NCBI GenBank assembly: GCA_944393265.1
Contig: CALXZO010000002.1
Coordinates: 5,264 to 69,263 of the forward strand
From: an uncultured Clostridia bacterium
GTDB lineage: Bacteria > Bacillota > Clostridia > TANB77 > UBA1234
DNA: 64,000 bases
Reading direction: 5' to 3'
Part shown: positions 40,451 through 51,629 of the stretch, in pieces
Position numbering within the stretch: position 1 is the first letter of the stretch
Layout of the letters: the number at the start of each line of letters is the position of its first letter
Position numbers and translations under genes: made by a program
Notes under the pieces: model-generated
Database searches by the model: none
What the model was told of the DNA's origin: nothing
Seen by the model: only the letters and a program-made list of their open reading frames with translations

Positions 40451-43400
40451 TTACTCGTCATCATCTTCTTCTGTAAAAAGCTCTATATCAGTATCAAATA
40501 TCGCATCTTCATCATCGTCAAATTCGTCCTCTTCTTCGTTATCTTCTATATTGCCTTCTCCGTCATCTATAAGCATATTATTTCTCACTTCTTCTTCATC
40601 CGCGACCGGAGTAACGATATTCGGAATAACTTCTTCATCGTCAATTTCTTCTTTCAACTCTACTTCATTTTCCTCGCTTTGACTATAAAGTTTTATATCT
40701 AATCCCAAACTTTGTAGTTCTTTTACAAGCACCTTAAAGCTCTCAGGAATTCCAGGCTCAGGAATGTTTTCACCTTTTACTATTGATTCATAAGTTTTTA
40801 CTCTACCTACAACATCATCAGATTTCATTGTTAAAATCTCTTGAAGTGTGTATGCAGCGCCATATGCTTCAAGTGCCCAAACTTCCATTTCTCCAAATCT
40901 CTGTCCACCAAATTGTGCCTTACCTCCAAGTGGTTGCTGAGTAACTAACGAATATGGTCCAGTAGAACGCGCATGTATCTTATCGTCAACTAAGTGATGC
41001 AGTTTCAACATATACATTATTCCAACCGTAACTTCGTTATCAAATGGCTCACCAGTTCTTCCATCATATAAAACTGTTTTTCCCGATAATGGGAGATTAG
41101 CTTTAGTAAGCATCTCCTCTAAGTCCTCATCTCTTGCTCCGTCAAATACTGGAGTAGCAATCTTAAAGCCTAGTGCCTTTGCCGCATATCCTAAGTGAAC
41201 TTCAAGCACCTGTCCAATATTCATACGAGATGGAACTCCTAGTGGATTAAGCACAATTTCAAGAGGAGTACCATCAGGCAAAAATGGCATATCTTCTTCT
41301 GGTAAAATACGTGATATAACACCTTTGTTTCCATGACGTCCTGCCATTTTATCTCCAACAGAAATTTTTCTCTTTTGCGCTATATATACTCTTATTACTT
41401 CATTTACACCAGTTCCTAATTCATCTGAATTTTCCTTTGTAAATATCTTTACATCAACAATTGTTCCAGCCTCTCCATGTGGACAGCGAAGCGATGTATC
41501 TCTAACTTCTCTTGATTTTTCTCCAAAGATTGCTCTTAACAATCTTTCTTCTGCCGTTAGCTCAGTTTCTCCTTTAGGTGTAACTTTTCCGACTAATATA
41601 TCCCCTGCCCTAACTTCAGCTCCTATTCTTATAATTCCTCTTTCATCTAGATCTTTTAAAGCATCGTCTCCAACATTAGGTATGTCTCTCGTAATTTCTT
41701 CAGGTCCTAATTTTGTATCACGGCATTCGCAATCGTATTCTTCTATATGTATCGAAGTTAATGCATCCTCTTTTACAAGTTTTTCACTTATTAAAATTGC
41801 ATCTTCGTAGTTATATCCTTCCCATGTCATAAAGCCTATTAATATATTTCTTCCTAAAGCTAATTCTCCATTGTCAGTTGAAGGCCCGTCTGCAATTATT
41901 TGTCCAGCTTCTACTTTTTCTCCTAACTTAACTATTGGTCTTTGGTTTGAACATGTTCCTTGGTTTGAGCGTTTAAACTTAATTAAATTATATTCATCAA
42001 TACCTTTTCTAGTTTTTATAGTAATTTTGTTAGCTGTAACTTTAGATACTGTTCCAGCGTTTTCGGCGATTACACAAACACCCGAGTCTTTTGCCGTTCT
42101 ATATTCCATTCCTGTTCCAACTATAGGTGAATCTGTTTTTATTAGTGGCACTGCTTGACGTTGCATGTTCGCTCCCATTAGGGCACGCTTAGCATCATCA
42201 TGCTCTAAGAATGGAATAAGTGCAGCACCAACTGATACAAGCTGTCTTGGAGATACATCCATTAAATCAACTTCATTTGGACTTACTTCCATGATTTCAT
42301 CTTTAAATCTTACTTTGATTTTTTGATTTATAAATTTTCCCTTCTTATCTAAAGGTTCGTTTGCTTGTGCTATAACAAAATTATCTTCTTTCTCAGCAGT
42401 GAAATATTTAATTTCTTCTGTTACCATGCCCTTCTTTTTATTAACAATTCTGTATGGTGTTTCAATAAATCCATACTTGTTTATTATAGCGTATGTTGAT
42501 AACGAGCCGATAAGTCCAACGTTTGGTCCCTCAGGGCTCTCGATAGGACATAACCTTCCATAATGTGAATGATGTATATCTCTAACTTCCATTCCTGCTC
42601 TATCTCTCGAAAGACCACCAGGTCCCAAAGTAGAAATTCTTCTTTTATGTGTAAGCTCAGTAAGAGGGTTATTTTGGTCCATGAATTGAGACAATTGGCT
42701 ACTTCCAAAGAACTCTCTAATTGATGATACAACTGGCTTAATATTAATTAATGATTGTGGAGTAACAATATCTAAATCTTGTACTGCCATTCTCTCTCTT
42801 ACAACTCTTTCAAGCCTTGTAATACCTATTCTGAATTGATTTTGTAATAACTCCCCAACACATCTTACACGTCTATTTCCCAAATGGTCTATATCATCTG
42901 TCTGACCAATTCCATTTGCCAAGTTATTTAGATAATTTATCGATGCTACCATATCTTCCTTAGTAATATGATTTGGCAATAATCTATCTATGTTCTCCTT
43001 AAGCGCTTTGTATAAATCTTTTTCTTTTGTTGACTCTATAATTTCTTTTAGTACTGCATAATTAACTCTCTCGTCAATTTCCAATTCACTTAAGTCACCA
43101 TCAACAAAACTATTTATCCATACAGTACCATTACCTATTACATTTATTATCTTATCTTCCACTTGCACTTTGACTTCGTTGATTCCAGACTCTTGTATTG
43201 CTTCTGCTATCTCAGGAGTAATAGTTTTCCCTTTTGATATTAATAATTCTCCTGTCTCAGGATTAACAACTTTTTCAGCAGCGAGTTGTCCCTCAATTCT
43301 CGTTGCAAGAGACAATTTTGTATTATATTTAAATCTACCAACCTTCGTTAAATCGTATCTTCTTGGATCAAAGAATAAAGCTGAAAGCAAATTTCTCGCA

Positions 43401-44143
43401 GCGTCAACAGAAGGCATCTCTCCAGGTCTTAGCCTTTTATATATTTCTATTAAAGCTTCTTCCTCCGTTTTAATAGGGTCTTTAGCAAGAGTGGCCACTA
43501 TCCTTTCATCTTCTCCAAAAAGTTCTAAAATTTGGCTGTCAGTTGCAATTCCTATTGCTCTTAAGAACAATGTAACTGGTAGCTTTCTAGCCTTATCAAT
43601 TCTTATATTAAATACATCATTAGAATCCGTTTCGAACTCAAGCCAAGCTCCTCTATTAGGCATGATAGTAGCAGTATAAAGTTTCTTACCCAATTTATCA
43701 TATTCTCTTGCATAATAACATCCTGGAGAACGCACAAGCTGTGATACTATTACTCTTTCAGCACCATTTATGATGAATGTTCCATAATCAGTCATTATAG
43801 GGAAGTCACCCATAAATATTTCTTGCTCCTTAATTTCTCCAGTTTCTCTGTTAATAAGTCTAACTTTAACTTGCAGTCTCGTAGAATATGTAGTATTTCT
43901 GGCTTTTGCCTCCTCAATTGTATATTTAGATTCCTCATTAAAATGATAGTCCACAAACTCAAGTATAAGCTTGCCAGAATAATCTGAAATTGGTGAACAT
44001 TCAACTAAAACCTCTTTTAATCCCTTAGTTACAAACCAATTATAGGAATCTTTTTGAACCTGAATAAGATTTGGCATTTCTATAACGTCTTCAATATTAC
44101 CAAAATACATTCTACTAGTTTTTTCATTCTTCACTTCACGCAT
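40451..44143 (-). CDS. rpoB: DNA-directed RNA polymerase subunit beta
   Basis: 1230 aa with canonical beta-subunit blocks and an acidic C-terminal tail. Confidence 0.97.
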   Translation of the reverse strand: MREVKNEKTSRMYFGNIEDVIEMPNLIQVQKDSYNWFVTKGLKEVLVECSPISDYSGKLILEFVDYHFNEESKYTIEEAKARNTTYSTRLQVKVRLINRETGEIKEQEIFMGDFPIMTDYGTFIINGAERVIVSQLVRSPGCYYAREYDKLGKKLYTATIMPNRGAWLEFETDSNDVFNIRIDKARKLPVTLFLRAIGIATDSQILELFGEDERIVATLAKDPIKTEEEALIEIYKRLRPGEMPSVDAARNLLSALFFDPRRYDLTKVGRFKYNTKLSLATRIEGQLAAEKVVNPETGELLISKGKTITPEIAEAIQESGINEVKVQVEDKIINVIGNGTVWINSFVDGDLSELEIDERVNYAVLKEIIESTKEKDLYKALKENIDRLLPNHITKEDMVASINYLNNLANGIGQTDDIDHLGNRRVRCVGELLQNQFRIGITRLERVVRERMAVQDLDIVTPQSLINIKPVVSSIREFFGSSQLSQFMDQNNPLTELTHKRRISTLGPGGLSRDRAGMEVRDIHHSHYGRLCPIESPEGPNVGLIGSLSTYAIINKYGFIETPYRIVNKKKGMVTEEIKYFTAEKEDNFVIAQANEPLDKKGKFINQKIKVRFKDEIMEVSPNEVDLMDVSPRQLVSVGAALIPFLEHDDAKRALMGANMQRQAVPLIKTDSPIVGTGMEYRTAKDSGVCVIAENAGTVSKVTANKITIKTRKGIDEYNLIKFKRSNQGTCSNQRPIVKLGEKVEAGQIIADGPSTDNGELALGRNILIGFMTWEGYNYEDAILISEKLVKEDALTSIHIEEYDCECRDTKLGPEEITRDIPNVGDDALKDLDERGIIRIGAEVRAGDILVGKVTPKGETELTAEERLLRAIFGEKSREVRDTSLRCPHGEAGTIVDVKIFTKENSDELGTGVNEVIRVYIAQKRKISVGDKMAGRHGNKGVISRILPEEDMPFLPDGTPLEIVLNPLGVPSRMNIGQVLEVHLGYAAKALGFKIATPVFDGARDEDLEEMLTKANLPLSGKTVLYDGRTGEPFDNEVTVGIMYMLKLHHLVDDKIHARSTGPYSLVTQQPLGGKAQFGGQRFGEMEVWALEAYGAAYTLQEILTMKSDDVVGRVKTYESIVKGENIPEPGIPESFKVLVKELQSLGLDIKLYSQSEENEVELKEEIDDEEVIPNIVTPVADEEEVRNNMLIDDGEGNIEDNEEEDEFDDDEDAIFDTDIELFTEEDDDE

Positions 44144-44562
44144 AAAAACTAATCACCCCATCATTTAAATTCATCATACTTAAGATTTACTTCACATTTC
44201 ATAGCATTTTTAGCTTTCAATTCACTTAAAACACATATGTCGCTACTCTTTTGTTCCGTAAGGTTATCTCTATGTTTCTTGCGTCAAAAAAGTTATCACT
44301 AGGGTTGACATAAAGATAAAAAGAAACGACAAAAAGGCAATTAGCGAAATTATGAAATTTGCTAATTACCTTCTATGTTATTTATCTTTTTTCTCTATCA
44401 TATGATAACTTTTTTATATTAATCAACCCTTACTTAATACATTATCGACTGGTATTATATCAAATGTATTTTAAACATGTCAATAGTATTTATGAATTTT
44501 ACTAAAACTATATTGAAGGTTAATCAAACATATATCTATCCCCATGTTTATTTTAAAAAATA

Positions 44563-44590
44563 CAGGGTGGAAAATTTAATTTCCATCCTG
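44563..44590 (-). terminator. Terminator of the small ORF (CAGGGTGGAAAA / TTTTCCATCCTG, then a T-run on the minus strand)
   Basis: Hairpin directly after the stop codon of the 58-aa ORF. Confidence 0.55.
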
Positions 44591-44633
44591 CATTTCTTTA
44601 GGGGTTCTTGCATCCAAATAAAATTTGAGATGT

Positions 44634-44810
44634 TTACTTTTTTATTGCTCCTTCCTCTTCTAATCTAGAACGTATTACTTCCGATGTGTTTGGATTTGTG
44701 GCTATTGCATATCGTACCTTCCAATTTTTGTCGAAAGATAACTTATTTAGCTTTTCTTTCGATGTTTCACAGTTTTCTGCCAATCTCATCCGTTTACTAA
44801 TACCCATCAT
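44634..44810 (-). CDS. Small protein (58 aa: MMGISKRMRLAENCETSKEKLNKLSFDKNWKVRYAIATNPNTSEVIRSRLEEEGAIKK)
   Basis: Below the ORF-track length cutoff. GAGGAGG RBS 6 nt upstream. Its own consensus promoter and terminator. One HEAT/PBS-lyase-like repeat. Confidence 0.55.
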   Translation of the reverse strand: MMGISKRMRLAENCETSKEKLNKLSFDKNWKVRYAIATNPNTSEVIRSRLEEEGAIKK

Positions 44811-44891
44811 TGTAGCCTCCTCACAATTTTTTTGAGTATTGTCAGAGAAAAAACAAATTTTCCCCTTCTCACGAACTATATTTCCGGTGAC

Positions 44892-44928
44892 ATTATATAT
44901 TAGGTTACAAATTGTGTCAATTTGTAAC
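44892..44928 (-). promoter_or_regulatory. Consensus sigma-A promoter (TTGACA-N17-TATAAT) with its -35 embedded in a perfect 25-bp palindrome GTTACAAATTG-TGT-CAATTTGTAAC (44904-44928)
   Basis: Read from the reverse complement. Operator-like 11-3-11 palindrome overlapping the -35. Drives the 58-aa ORF. Confidence 0.6.
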
Positions 44929-45336
44929 TTTATACTGTTTCATTTATTGCCAATTTTTTATTTTGTTATATTATCTTTCTACCCATATTCTTTCTGTATA
45001 ATTTACCTATTTAAATTTTCTTTCTTTTATGTTATTATTACAACACTTTTGATTACCTCCGATATTTGTTTTGTTTTTGTCAACCAACATCGTACCATAT
45101 GTAATATTATGTATCTTTTTTGTTTATCCTACTTGCTCATTTAATTTTATCATTTATAAAATACAATGGTACTAAAAAAATGAACCTTGCATCATTTCTA
45201 CTCAAAGTTCATTTTCTCCGAGGGCTTATTACAGCCCAATATAAAAGCTTTTAATAACATGGATACGTTTTTGTTTCCCATGGGATAAAATAGGATACCC
45301 GCCACGCGCACTTGCACGTGACGGGTATTATTGTGT

Positions 45337-45600
45337 TTAGTTTTTTCTCCTCTTGTTTACTAACCAGGATGCAAACATGAGCACAATAACAACCAAAATG
45401 GCTATTCCACCCGTTTTCAAGATTTCCTCTAAACGGGTGACCACGGAAAATGCTCGAAGAGCATCATCCTGTATTGCCCTCCAGGCAGTAACGAGCAAGA
45501 TCAACAAAAAATGTGAGACCACCAATCCTGCCCATATTGCCAGAAACCGCCCGATCCATCTGACCTTACTTGTCTTTCCAGCCATTTCCTTCTCCTCCAA
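45337..45600 (-). CDS. Small two-TM membrane protein (87 aa); the gene is distinctly more GC-rich than its surroundings
   Basis: MEEKEMAGKTSKVRWIGRFLAIWAGLVVSHFLLILLVTAW...GGIAILVVIVLMFASWLV. GC is about 45-47% against a ~30% background. A GC-rich terminator hairpin lies at 45293-45335. Confidence 0.5.
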   Translation of the reverse strand: MEEKEMAGKTSKVRWIGRFLAIWAGLVVSHFLLILLVTAWRAIQDDALRAFSVVTRLEEILKTGGIAILVVIVLMFASWLVNKRRKN

Positions 45601-45661
45601 TCAATTTTATGGAATGCGTTATTATTGTATCAAAATTATGTAACCTTTTCAACTAAAATTT

Positions 45662-47245
45662 TCATCTTTTCTCAAAAATATTATATATCATCTTTGCCAC
45701 TTCTGCTCTCGTTACATTTCTTGTTGGCCTATATGTATTATCTAAATATCCGTTTATTATCCCCTGCTGCTGTAATTTTTTTATATACTTATATGCCCAA
45801 TCTTCGCTACTTACATCTGAAAAATCCACAATTTCCTCATTTGTCACTATATTGTCTTCTAAAAGAGATGACAATATTTTTGCGATTTCAGCTCGCGTTA
45901 TTGGCTGTTCTGGTCTAAATGTATAATCAGCGTACCCTTCAACAATTCCCAACTCTGTAATTTCATTTATCTCTTTAGATGCCCAGCTCTCTTTCGTATC
46001 AATATAATATTCTTTTTCCGTAGTTGCACTCCTATCAAGTATTCTACAAAGCATTGCAGCTACTTCTGCTCTCGTAATATACGCTTCCGGATCAAATTTG
46101 TTTTCGCCCTTTCCTTCTACCCATCCTTTTTCTTTTAAGAAAGCTATTGCTTCATTTGCCCAATAACTACTACTCACATCTTGAAATGCTCCTTCATCAT
46201 CAATTATGTATTCCTTAAAAATATCCCACATACTTTTTACTTCCATTCCAAGCCTCCAAGTACCAACGCCTTTTATATTATATTTATCAACCAAATTAAG
46301 CTTAGCTCTAAGACTATCTTCATTTTCATACCAAATAACATATGTTCCGGTATTTAATATCTTTCCATATATTTTAGGCTTTTTGTCGCTACTTTTTATC
46401 TTTATAACAGCTTTTACAGATTCCGTTTCTTTATCATATGTAACTGTACTTTCATAATCATTTACTAATGTTTCTATTTTTTCGAGTGAAATTGCCTGTC
46501 CGCCATAAGACGCTCCTTCTTTCCAGTATCTCCCATATAAAGGAATTCCCATCACGATTTTTTCACAATCAACATATCTCAACGCATATTTTATTGAATC
46601 TTCTACAAATTTTATTCCAGCAACGCTTCCTGCCTCTCCACCCTCAAAATGTTCATCATATGTCATAATCATAAGATAATCAGCATATTTTGCAAGTTCG
46701 GCATAATCATATGACGCATGCCAACCGCTAGTCCAGTTATAAGGGTTTGCAGCCACGCTTACAACGACCATTTTTTCACTAGATAACTTTTCTCGAAGCT
46801 TTCTCACAAAGTCGCTGTACTTTGTTCTTTCCTTTTCAGAAACATTTTCAATATCTACGTTTACTCCATCCAAATTATATTTTTCGATGGCATTTACAAT
46901 ATCTGTTGAGAGCTTATCTGAATTATTAAGTGCGGCTTTTCCAACTGCTTTATCCCAGTGATTACTAAGAAATGGTACTACTTTAATTCCTTGTGAATGC
47001 ATATTATTAACTAAGTTTATATCTACTGTGTTTAATATTAAGTTTCCATTTTCATCTATATCAAAATAGCTTGGTGAGACTTCATTTAATGTATTTTGAG
47101 TCTCATCAATCATCGATATATAATTTCCGCTACCATATAGATATGTCATATTGTACATTTTAGCATCGACTTCAATTTGCCTCAGAAAACAAAGTACCCC
47201 CACTAATAAAAAACATATTATGTATTTATATTTATTTATTTGCAT
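45662..47245 (-). CDS. Glycoside hydrolase family 18 (chitinase-like) protein with three C-terminal SLH domains
   Basis: DGVNVDIE catalytic motif. Signal peptide MQINKYKYIICFLLVGVLCFL. Three SLH repeats (..ITRAEVAAML.., ..ITRAEIAKIL.., ..VTRAEVAKMI..). Confidence 0.8.
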   Translation of the reverse strand: MQINKYKYIICFLLVGVLCFLRQIEVDAKMYNMTYLYGSGNYISMIDETQNTLNEVSPSYFDIDENGNLILNTVDINLVNNMHSQGIKVVPFLSNHWDKAVGKAALNNSDKLSTDIVNAIEKYNLDGVNVDIENVSEKERTKYSDFVRKLREKLSSEKMVVVSVAANPYNWTSGWHASYDYAELAKYADYLMIMTYDEHFEGGEAGSVAGIKFVEDSIKYALRYVDCEKIVMGIPLYGRYWKEGASYGGQAISLEKIETLVNDYESTVTYDKETESVKAVIKIKSSDKKPKIYGKILNTGTYVIWYENEDSLRAKLNLVDKYNIKGVGTWRLGMEVKSMWDIFKEYIIDDEGAFQDVSSSYWANEAIAFLKEKGWVEGKGENKFDPEAYITRAEVAAMLCRILDRSATTEKEYYIDTKESWASKEINEITELGIVEGYADYTFRPEQPITRAEIAKILSSLLEDNIVTNEEIVDFSDVSSEDWAYKYIKKLQQQGIINGYLDNTYRPTRNVTRAEVAKMIYNIFEKR

Positions 47246-47418
47246 ATGACTCGCTCCTTTACAATTATCTCTTAAGATAATTGTAAATACTAAAAAGAAG
47301 CGTATCAATGCAAAAAAGATGGGTGCTTTTCCATTTTTACCCAGTTATTTTTTTAATTACTATCTTTTCAATAAGGTCAAATGATGTTATAATCCCTTAT
47401 TGTTAGGAGTGAGGAGTT

Positions 47419-48120
47419 ATGCCACATATTACTTACAAATCAAGAAAAATTGAATACGACCTTGCTAGAAATGCAAAAAAGAATATCAATATAACATTAA
47501 AAAATAAAGGCGACCTTTTTGTATCAGCGCCTAAAAGAGTACATATTGCGGAAATAGAAAACGTTTTGTTCTCAAAAATCGATTGGATATTGAAAACAAA
47601 GCAAAGTTTAAAATCTAAAAATATGATAAAAAATACATTTACATTTAATACTTCATCAACCGTTTATATCTATGGCAGGCTATGCCATATCGATGTTATA
47701 CCGGCAGACAGCAATTATATTGTGTTAAACGATGATACAGTTTTGTTTTACGTTAAAGAAAAATATATAGATAATTTAAAATATAAGAATACTCAATTTA
47801 ACAAACTATTGAAAGAAGAACTAAGACGTACTATTGTTAAATATTTAGAAAAATATCTTACGTTATTGTCTAAAAATCTCTCTGTGTTAGAAATAAGAAT
47901 AATGAAAAGCCGTTGGGGCACGTGCATTCCCGCAAAGAAGAAAATAATATTAAACTTCAATTTGGTACATTGCCCTAAGAAGGCGATAGAATATGTTGTG
48001 CTTCATGAAGTTATACATTTGATATATCCTAACCACGGAAAAAATTTTTACAACATGCTATCAGCACACATGCATGACTGGAAAGAAAGAAAAAACTTGT
48101 TACAAGATTTTGTAATGTAA
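47419..48120 (+). CDS. DUF45/YgjP-like (M48-type) metal-dependent hydrolase
   Basis: C-terminal HEVIHLIYPNH (HExxH) and WGTC motif typical of the YgjP/DUF45 family. Confidence 0.6.
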   Translation: MPHITYKSRKIEYDLARNAKKNINITLKNKGDLFVSAPKRVHIAEIENVLFSKIDWILKTKQSLKSKNMIKNTFTFNTSSTVYIYGRLCHIDVIPADSNYIVLNDDTVLFYVKEKYIDNLKYKNTQFNKLLKEELRRTIVKYLEKYLTLLSKNLSVLEIRIMKSRWGTCIPAKKKIILNFNLVHCPKKAIEYVVLHEVIHLIYPNHGKNFYNMLSAHMHDWKERKNLLQDFVM

Positions 48121-48147
48121 AAATATAATTAAACACTGTTAATCTCG

Positions 48148-48200
48148 GGGAATTACGATATTGAATTTATCTAATTCCCTATTTTTTTTATTAATTAAAG
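48148..48200 (+). terminator. Terminator after the DUF45 gene (GGGGAATT-N18-AATTCCC plus T-run)
   Basis: Hairpin followed by TATTTTTTTTATT. Confidence 0.5.
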
Positions 48201-48211
48201 GTATCTCTTTA

Positions 48212-48454
48212 TTATTCAATAAATTCTACCATTGCCTCTGTATCAGCTTTTTTTACAACATTTTGAATCTCTTTTACTTTAAATTTTATAATTTTTTCTC
48301 CGTATTTAATTTCAATTATATCATTTATTTTTACATCATAACTTGCTTTTGCCGTCTTTCCATTAACTACTATTCTTCCAGCATCACACGCTTCGTTTGC
48401 TACCGTTCTTCTCTTGATTACCCTACTGACTTTCAAAAATTTATCTAATCTCAT
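48212..48454 (-). CDS. S4-domain RNA-binding protein (YabO/Hsp15-like)
   Basis: MRLDKFLKVSRVIKRRTVANEACDAGRIVVNGK... S4 motif. Located next to hup, as in the B. subtilis yabO region. Confidence 0.75.
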   Translation of the reverse strand: MRLDKFLKVSRVIKRRTVANEACDAGRIVVNGKTAKASYDVKINDIIEIKYGEKIIKFKVKEIQNVVKKADTEAMVEFIE

Positions 48455-48583
48455 TTATACCTCCAAAATTTTATAAGACATCATTTAAAATATTAAAAGG
48501 GCTACGTAATGTAACCCCCCTAATAACAACGTTCAGCTGTTTTTTAACTTAAAATAATCATCCTCTTTTATACAAAAAACAAA

Positions 48584-48862
48584 CTATTTCTTATTAACTA
48601 AATCTTTAAGTGGTTTACCAGCTTTGAATACTGGAGCCTTTGATGCAGGAATTCTAATTTCCTCTTTAGTTTGAGGATTTCTACCTTTTCTTGGTGCTCT
48701 CTTTCTAACTTCGAAAGAACCAAATCCAACTAATTGAACTTTTTCACCTTTCTTTAATGCTGTCTCAACAGCCTTAATAAATGCATTTAGAGCAGCTTCA
48801 GCTGATTTTTTAGAAAGTTCTGCTTCTTCTGCAATTTTCGCAACTAAATCAAGTTTGTTCAT
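48584..48862 (-). CDS. hup: DNA-binding protein HU
   Basis: [32 protein letters not shown]...[20 protein letters not shown]... Confidence 0.92.
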   Translation of the reverse strand: MNKLDLVAKIAEEAELSKKSAEAALNAFIKAVETALKKGEKVQLVGFGSFEVRKRAPRKGRNPQTKEEIRIPASKAPVFKAGKPLKDLVNKK

Positions 48863-49034
48863 TTAAATTACCTCCTATTAGATTATCTTTATTTGATATA
48901 GTATCTCTACTACAATCACTATAATTAGAATTCGCCATTTTTTTTAATAATCCTGCTATTTTTCAAAGTTTTTTTATAAAAATGTTGATTTTTCAGTAGT
49001 TTACGTAGTTATGTATACTACAACTGTCTCTGCT

Positions 49035-50748
49035 CTAAGATTTGACGACTTTGATTTTTTCTAAAAACTTGTAAATTTTATCTCCGTACGGCAACATATG
49101 ATAATCCTCTCTATCAAATATTTTTAGCTTTAAAATTCCAAAAAAGTATGTCAAAATTGCTATTAGTAATGTAATTATTGTTACTATACTATTTGAAATA
49201 TTTAATCTACCAATATATTCATAAGACAGCAATGTAACGGCACTCATTAAAAGAGTTGCAATTACAGGCTTAATTATCGCTTGAGTTTTATTAGTATTAA
49301 GTTTCATGTTTTTTCTTAAAACTATTAATTCAATTATTGTAGTAGTAAACGACGCTGCCACTGAGCCAATAGCGGCACCATAAATTCCAATGTTAGGATT
49401 AGTTACAAGAAGCAAATTTAAAACAAGTTTTACTCCAGCACCAATAGCTAAACTAATCGCAGGAACAAATACTTTTCCAAGTCCTTGAAGAGCGCCACCA
49501 ACTGTTTGATTTATTAACGTAAATATAATTGTAAATGAGCTAATCTGTAGCAATGGAGCAGCTTCAGGAGCGTAAACATTAGGGAATAATAAGTTCAATA
49601 TCGGCTCTGCAATAGTGCACATACCTATTGCGCAAGGAAGCGCAATTAACAATGTCATCCTTATCGAAAAAGTTATTCTTCTTCTAGCTGTTTCAACGTC
49701 TTTGTTAGCCATGGCCTCCGATACGGCAGGAACTAATGCTGTTGCAAAAGCAACATTAAGCGCTGTTGGCAAGCCTATTAAAGTATCAATTCTTCCAGAT
49801 AAAATGCCGTATAATCTAGTTGCTTCATCAGTTAGTGCTTCTACAGAAGAAAAAGAATTTGCAAGCGCAACCTTTAATCCATTAACGACTGTGAACGTAT
49901 CAATGTTTCTGTTTATTGCAGAAACTATAGAAGCAAGTGAAATAGGAATTGAAATTGAAAGAATTTTTTTCATTATTCTTGTCGTCTTTTCTTTTTTATA
50001 TTCCTTATTTGGACTAGTATTTATGTTTTTCCAAATTTGTTTTTTTGTTTTCTGATAAAACAAAAGCAAATACCCTGCACAAATAATTGTAGCTATTGTT
50101 GATGCTAAGTTAGCCGCTGTGGCCATCGCCACAGTCACGTTTTCCTCAGATAAATTCAGACTTGCTGATAGCTCAATCGGATTTACTATTGCCAAATAAT
50201 ATACAAGCAAAACCAAACCAATTGTCAAAATACTCTTAAATAATTGTTCAAGCATTTGAGAATTAGAAGCAACTTTCATATTGTACATGCCATTAAAATA
50301 TCCCCTTATCACCGCAGCTACGGCAACAAAAAATACTGCCGGTGAAAGAGCAACCATTATATTCTTAACATCTGAGTTTCCAATTAACTCAGTTGCTATA
50401 TAATCAGCGCCAAAAAATAAAATAGCACTTCCTATAAGGCCGATAATACCAAACAAGGTTAACGCTGTCTTAAAAATATCATGCGCCTCTCTATTTTTCC
50501 CGAACGGCAATTCTCTCGGATACTAGTTTTGATATCGCACTAGGAACTCCAATCGACGCTATAGCAAGCAATAGCGTGTAAATCTGATATCCTGCAGAAT
50601 ATAGACCATTTCCTGTATCACCAAAATAAGGTACATTAGTAATTACTAGCCTATACACAAGGCCCAACACTTTTATAATAATTTGTGCAATTAAAATCGT
50701 TAAAACTCCTGCCATAAAGGATTGCTTTTTATTTATTTCTGTTTTCAT
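49035..50748 (-). pseudogene. SpoVB/YabM-like polysaccharide-biosynthesis (MOP/Wzx-type) flippase, split by a 1-nt frameshift near 50495-50512 (ORFs 50491..50748 and 49035..50510)
   Basis: The N-terminal ORF ends ...AISKLVSERIAVREK*. The other frame continues (L)PFGKNREAHDIFKTAL... Removing one C from gtt-c-ggg yields SERIAVGKNREAHDIFK, the family consensus. It sits in the conserved spoVT - spoVB-like - hup neighbourhood. Confidence 0.75.
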
Positions 50749-50949
50749 TACCCCTCCGATTTAAAAATATATTTAATAATTCTATATACGATTATATTGT
50801 TTTTATTCCAACTTTTCAAGATATCTATCCCTTATACTTTTTATATCTTATATTTTAGAGGGCCTTCAGGCATATTGTCTAGGAGCACTAACATCTATTA
50901 CATCTTTAGTAGAATAAAAACATGTTAAATTCCTTATCCATTAACGCAA

Positions 50950-50985
50950 TAAAAAGGAAGCTAATCTTTTAGCTTCCTCTTTATA
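50950..50985 (-). terminator. Terminator of spoVT (GGAAGCTAA-N6-TTAGCTTCC plus T-run on the minus strand)
   Basis: Perfect 9-bp stem followed by TTTTTATTG. Confidence 0.7.
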
Positions 50986-50995
50986 AATGATAAAT

Positions 50996-51553
50996 TTACT
51001 CTTCCATTTGCTTTCCTAAAAATCCAGCTGCCGATTGAACTACTTTTAGTTCCACATCGTTCATCTTTGCACTCGGCTCCGTAGAAAGTAGCATTACCGT
51101 ACCTATTGTATCGCCTTCTGCTATTATTGGATATATAACTTGCGACGTATATTTCTCTTCTGCATCATTTTCCATTAGTAAGACCGGTATATGCTTTTCG
51201 TCTTTCCCTTTCGATGACCAAATTACCTTGTCCTCCATTAATTTTTCAAGCTCCGTACTAACACTTTTTTCTAAATACTCCTTTTTAGGCGCTCCAGATA
51301 CAGCTATTATCGTGTCCTTGTCGCTGATGCATGCAATGTGCCCGGTTGTTTTCGCTAACGTTTCTGCATACTGTGATGCAAATTCATTTAGCTCACCTAT
51401 AGGAGAATATTTTTTTAATATTATTTCTCCTTCTTTATCTGTAAAAATCTCTAACGGATCTCCTTCTCTAATTCTTAATGTTTTTCTAATTTCTTTCGGA
51501 ATTACTATTCTTCCTAAATCGTCTATTCTTCGCACTACGCCTGTTGCTTTCAA
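50996..51553 (-). CDS. spoVT: Stage V sporulation protein T (AbrB-type N-domain plus GAF domain)
   Basis: MKATGVVRRIDDLGRIVIPKEIRKTLRIREGDPLEIF... AbrB/MazE swapped-hairpin N-terminus, 185 aa. Confidence 0.85.
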   Translation of the reverse strand: MKATGVVRRIDDLGRIVIPKEIRKTLRIREGDPLEIFTDKEGEIILKKYSPIGELNEFASQYAETLAKTTGHIACISDKDTIIAVSGAPKKEYLEKSVSTELEKLMEDKVIWSSKGKDEKHIPVLLMENDAEEKYTSQVIYPIIAEGDTIGTVMLLSTEPSAKMNDVELKVVQSAAGFLGKQMEE

Positions 51554-51585
51554 TGTTTTCCCTCCTTTTTTCTTGTTGTTTACTC

Positions 51586-51615
51586 TTATTATGACAATTT
51601 AGGAAAAAATTATTC
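51586..51615 (-). promoter_or_regulatory. Forespore-type (sigma-G/F-like) promoter of spoVT: GAATA-N17-CATAATA
   Basis: Read from the reverse complement GAATAATTTTTTCCTAAATTGTCATAATA. Matches the sigma-G consensus (GnATR ... CATnnTA), consistent with sigma-G control of spoVT in Bacillus. Confidence 0.5.
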
Positions 51616-51629
51616 ATTATTATATATTT

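Noticed and set aside
48500-48583. Possible terminator hairpin downstream of hup (GGGCTACGTAATGTAACCCCCC)
   Set aside because: The arms are not properly complementary. Only a TACGTA mini-palindrome is present, and no convincing stem plus U-run.
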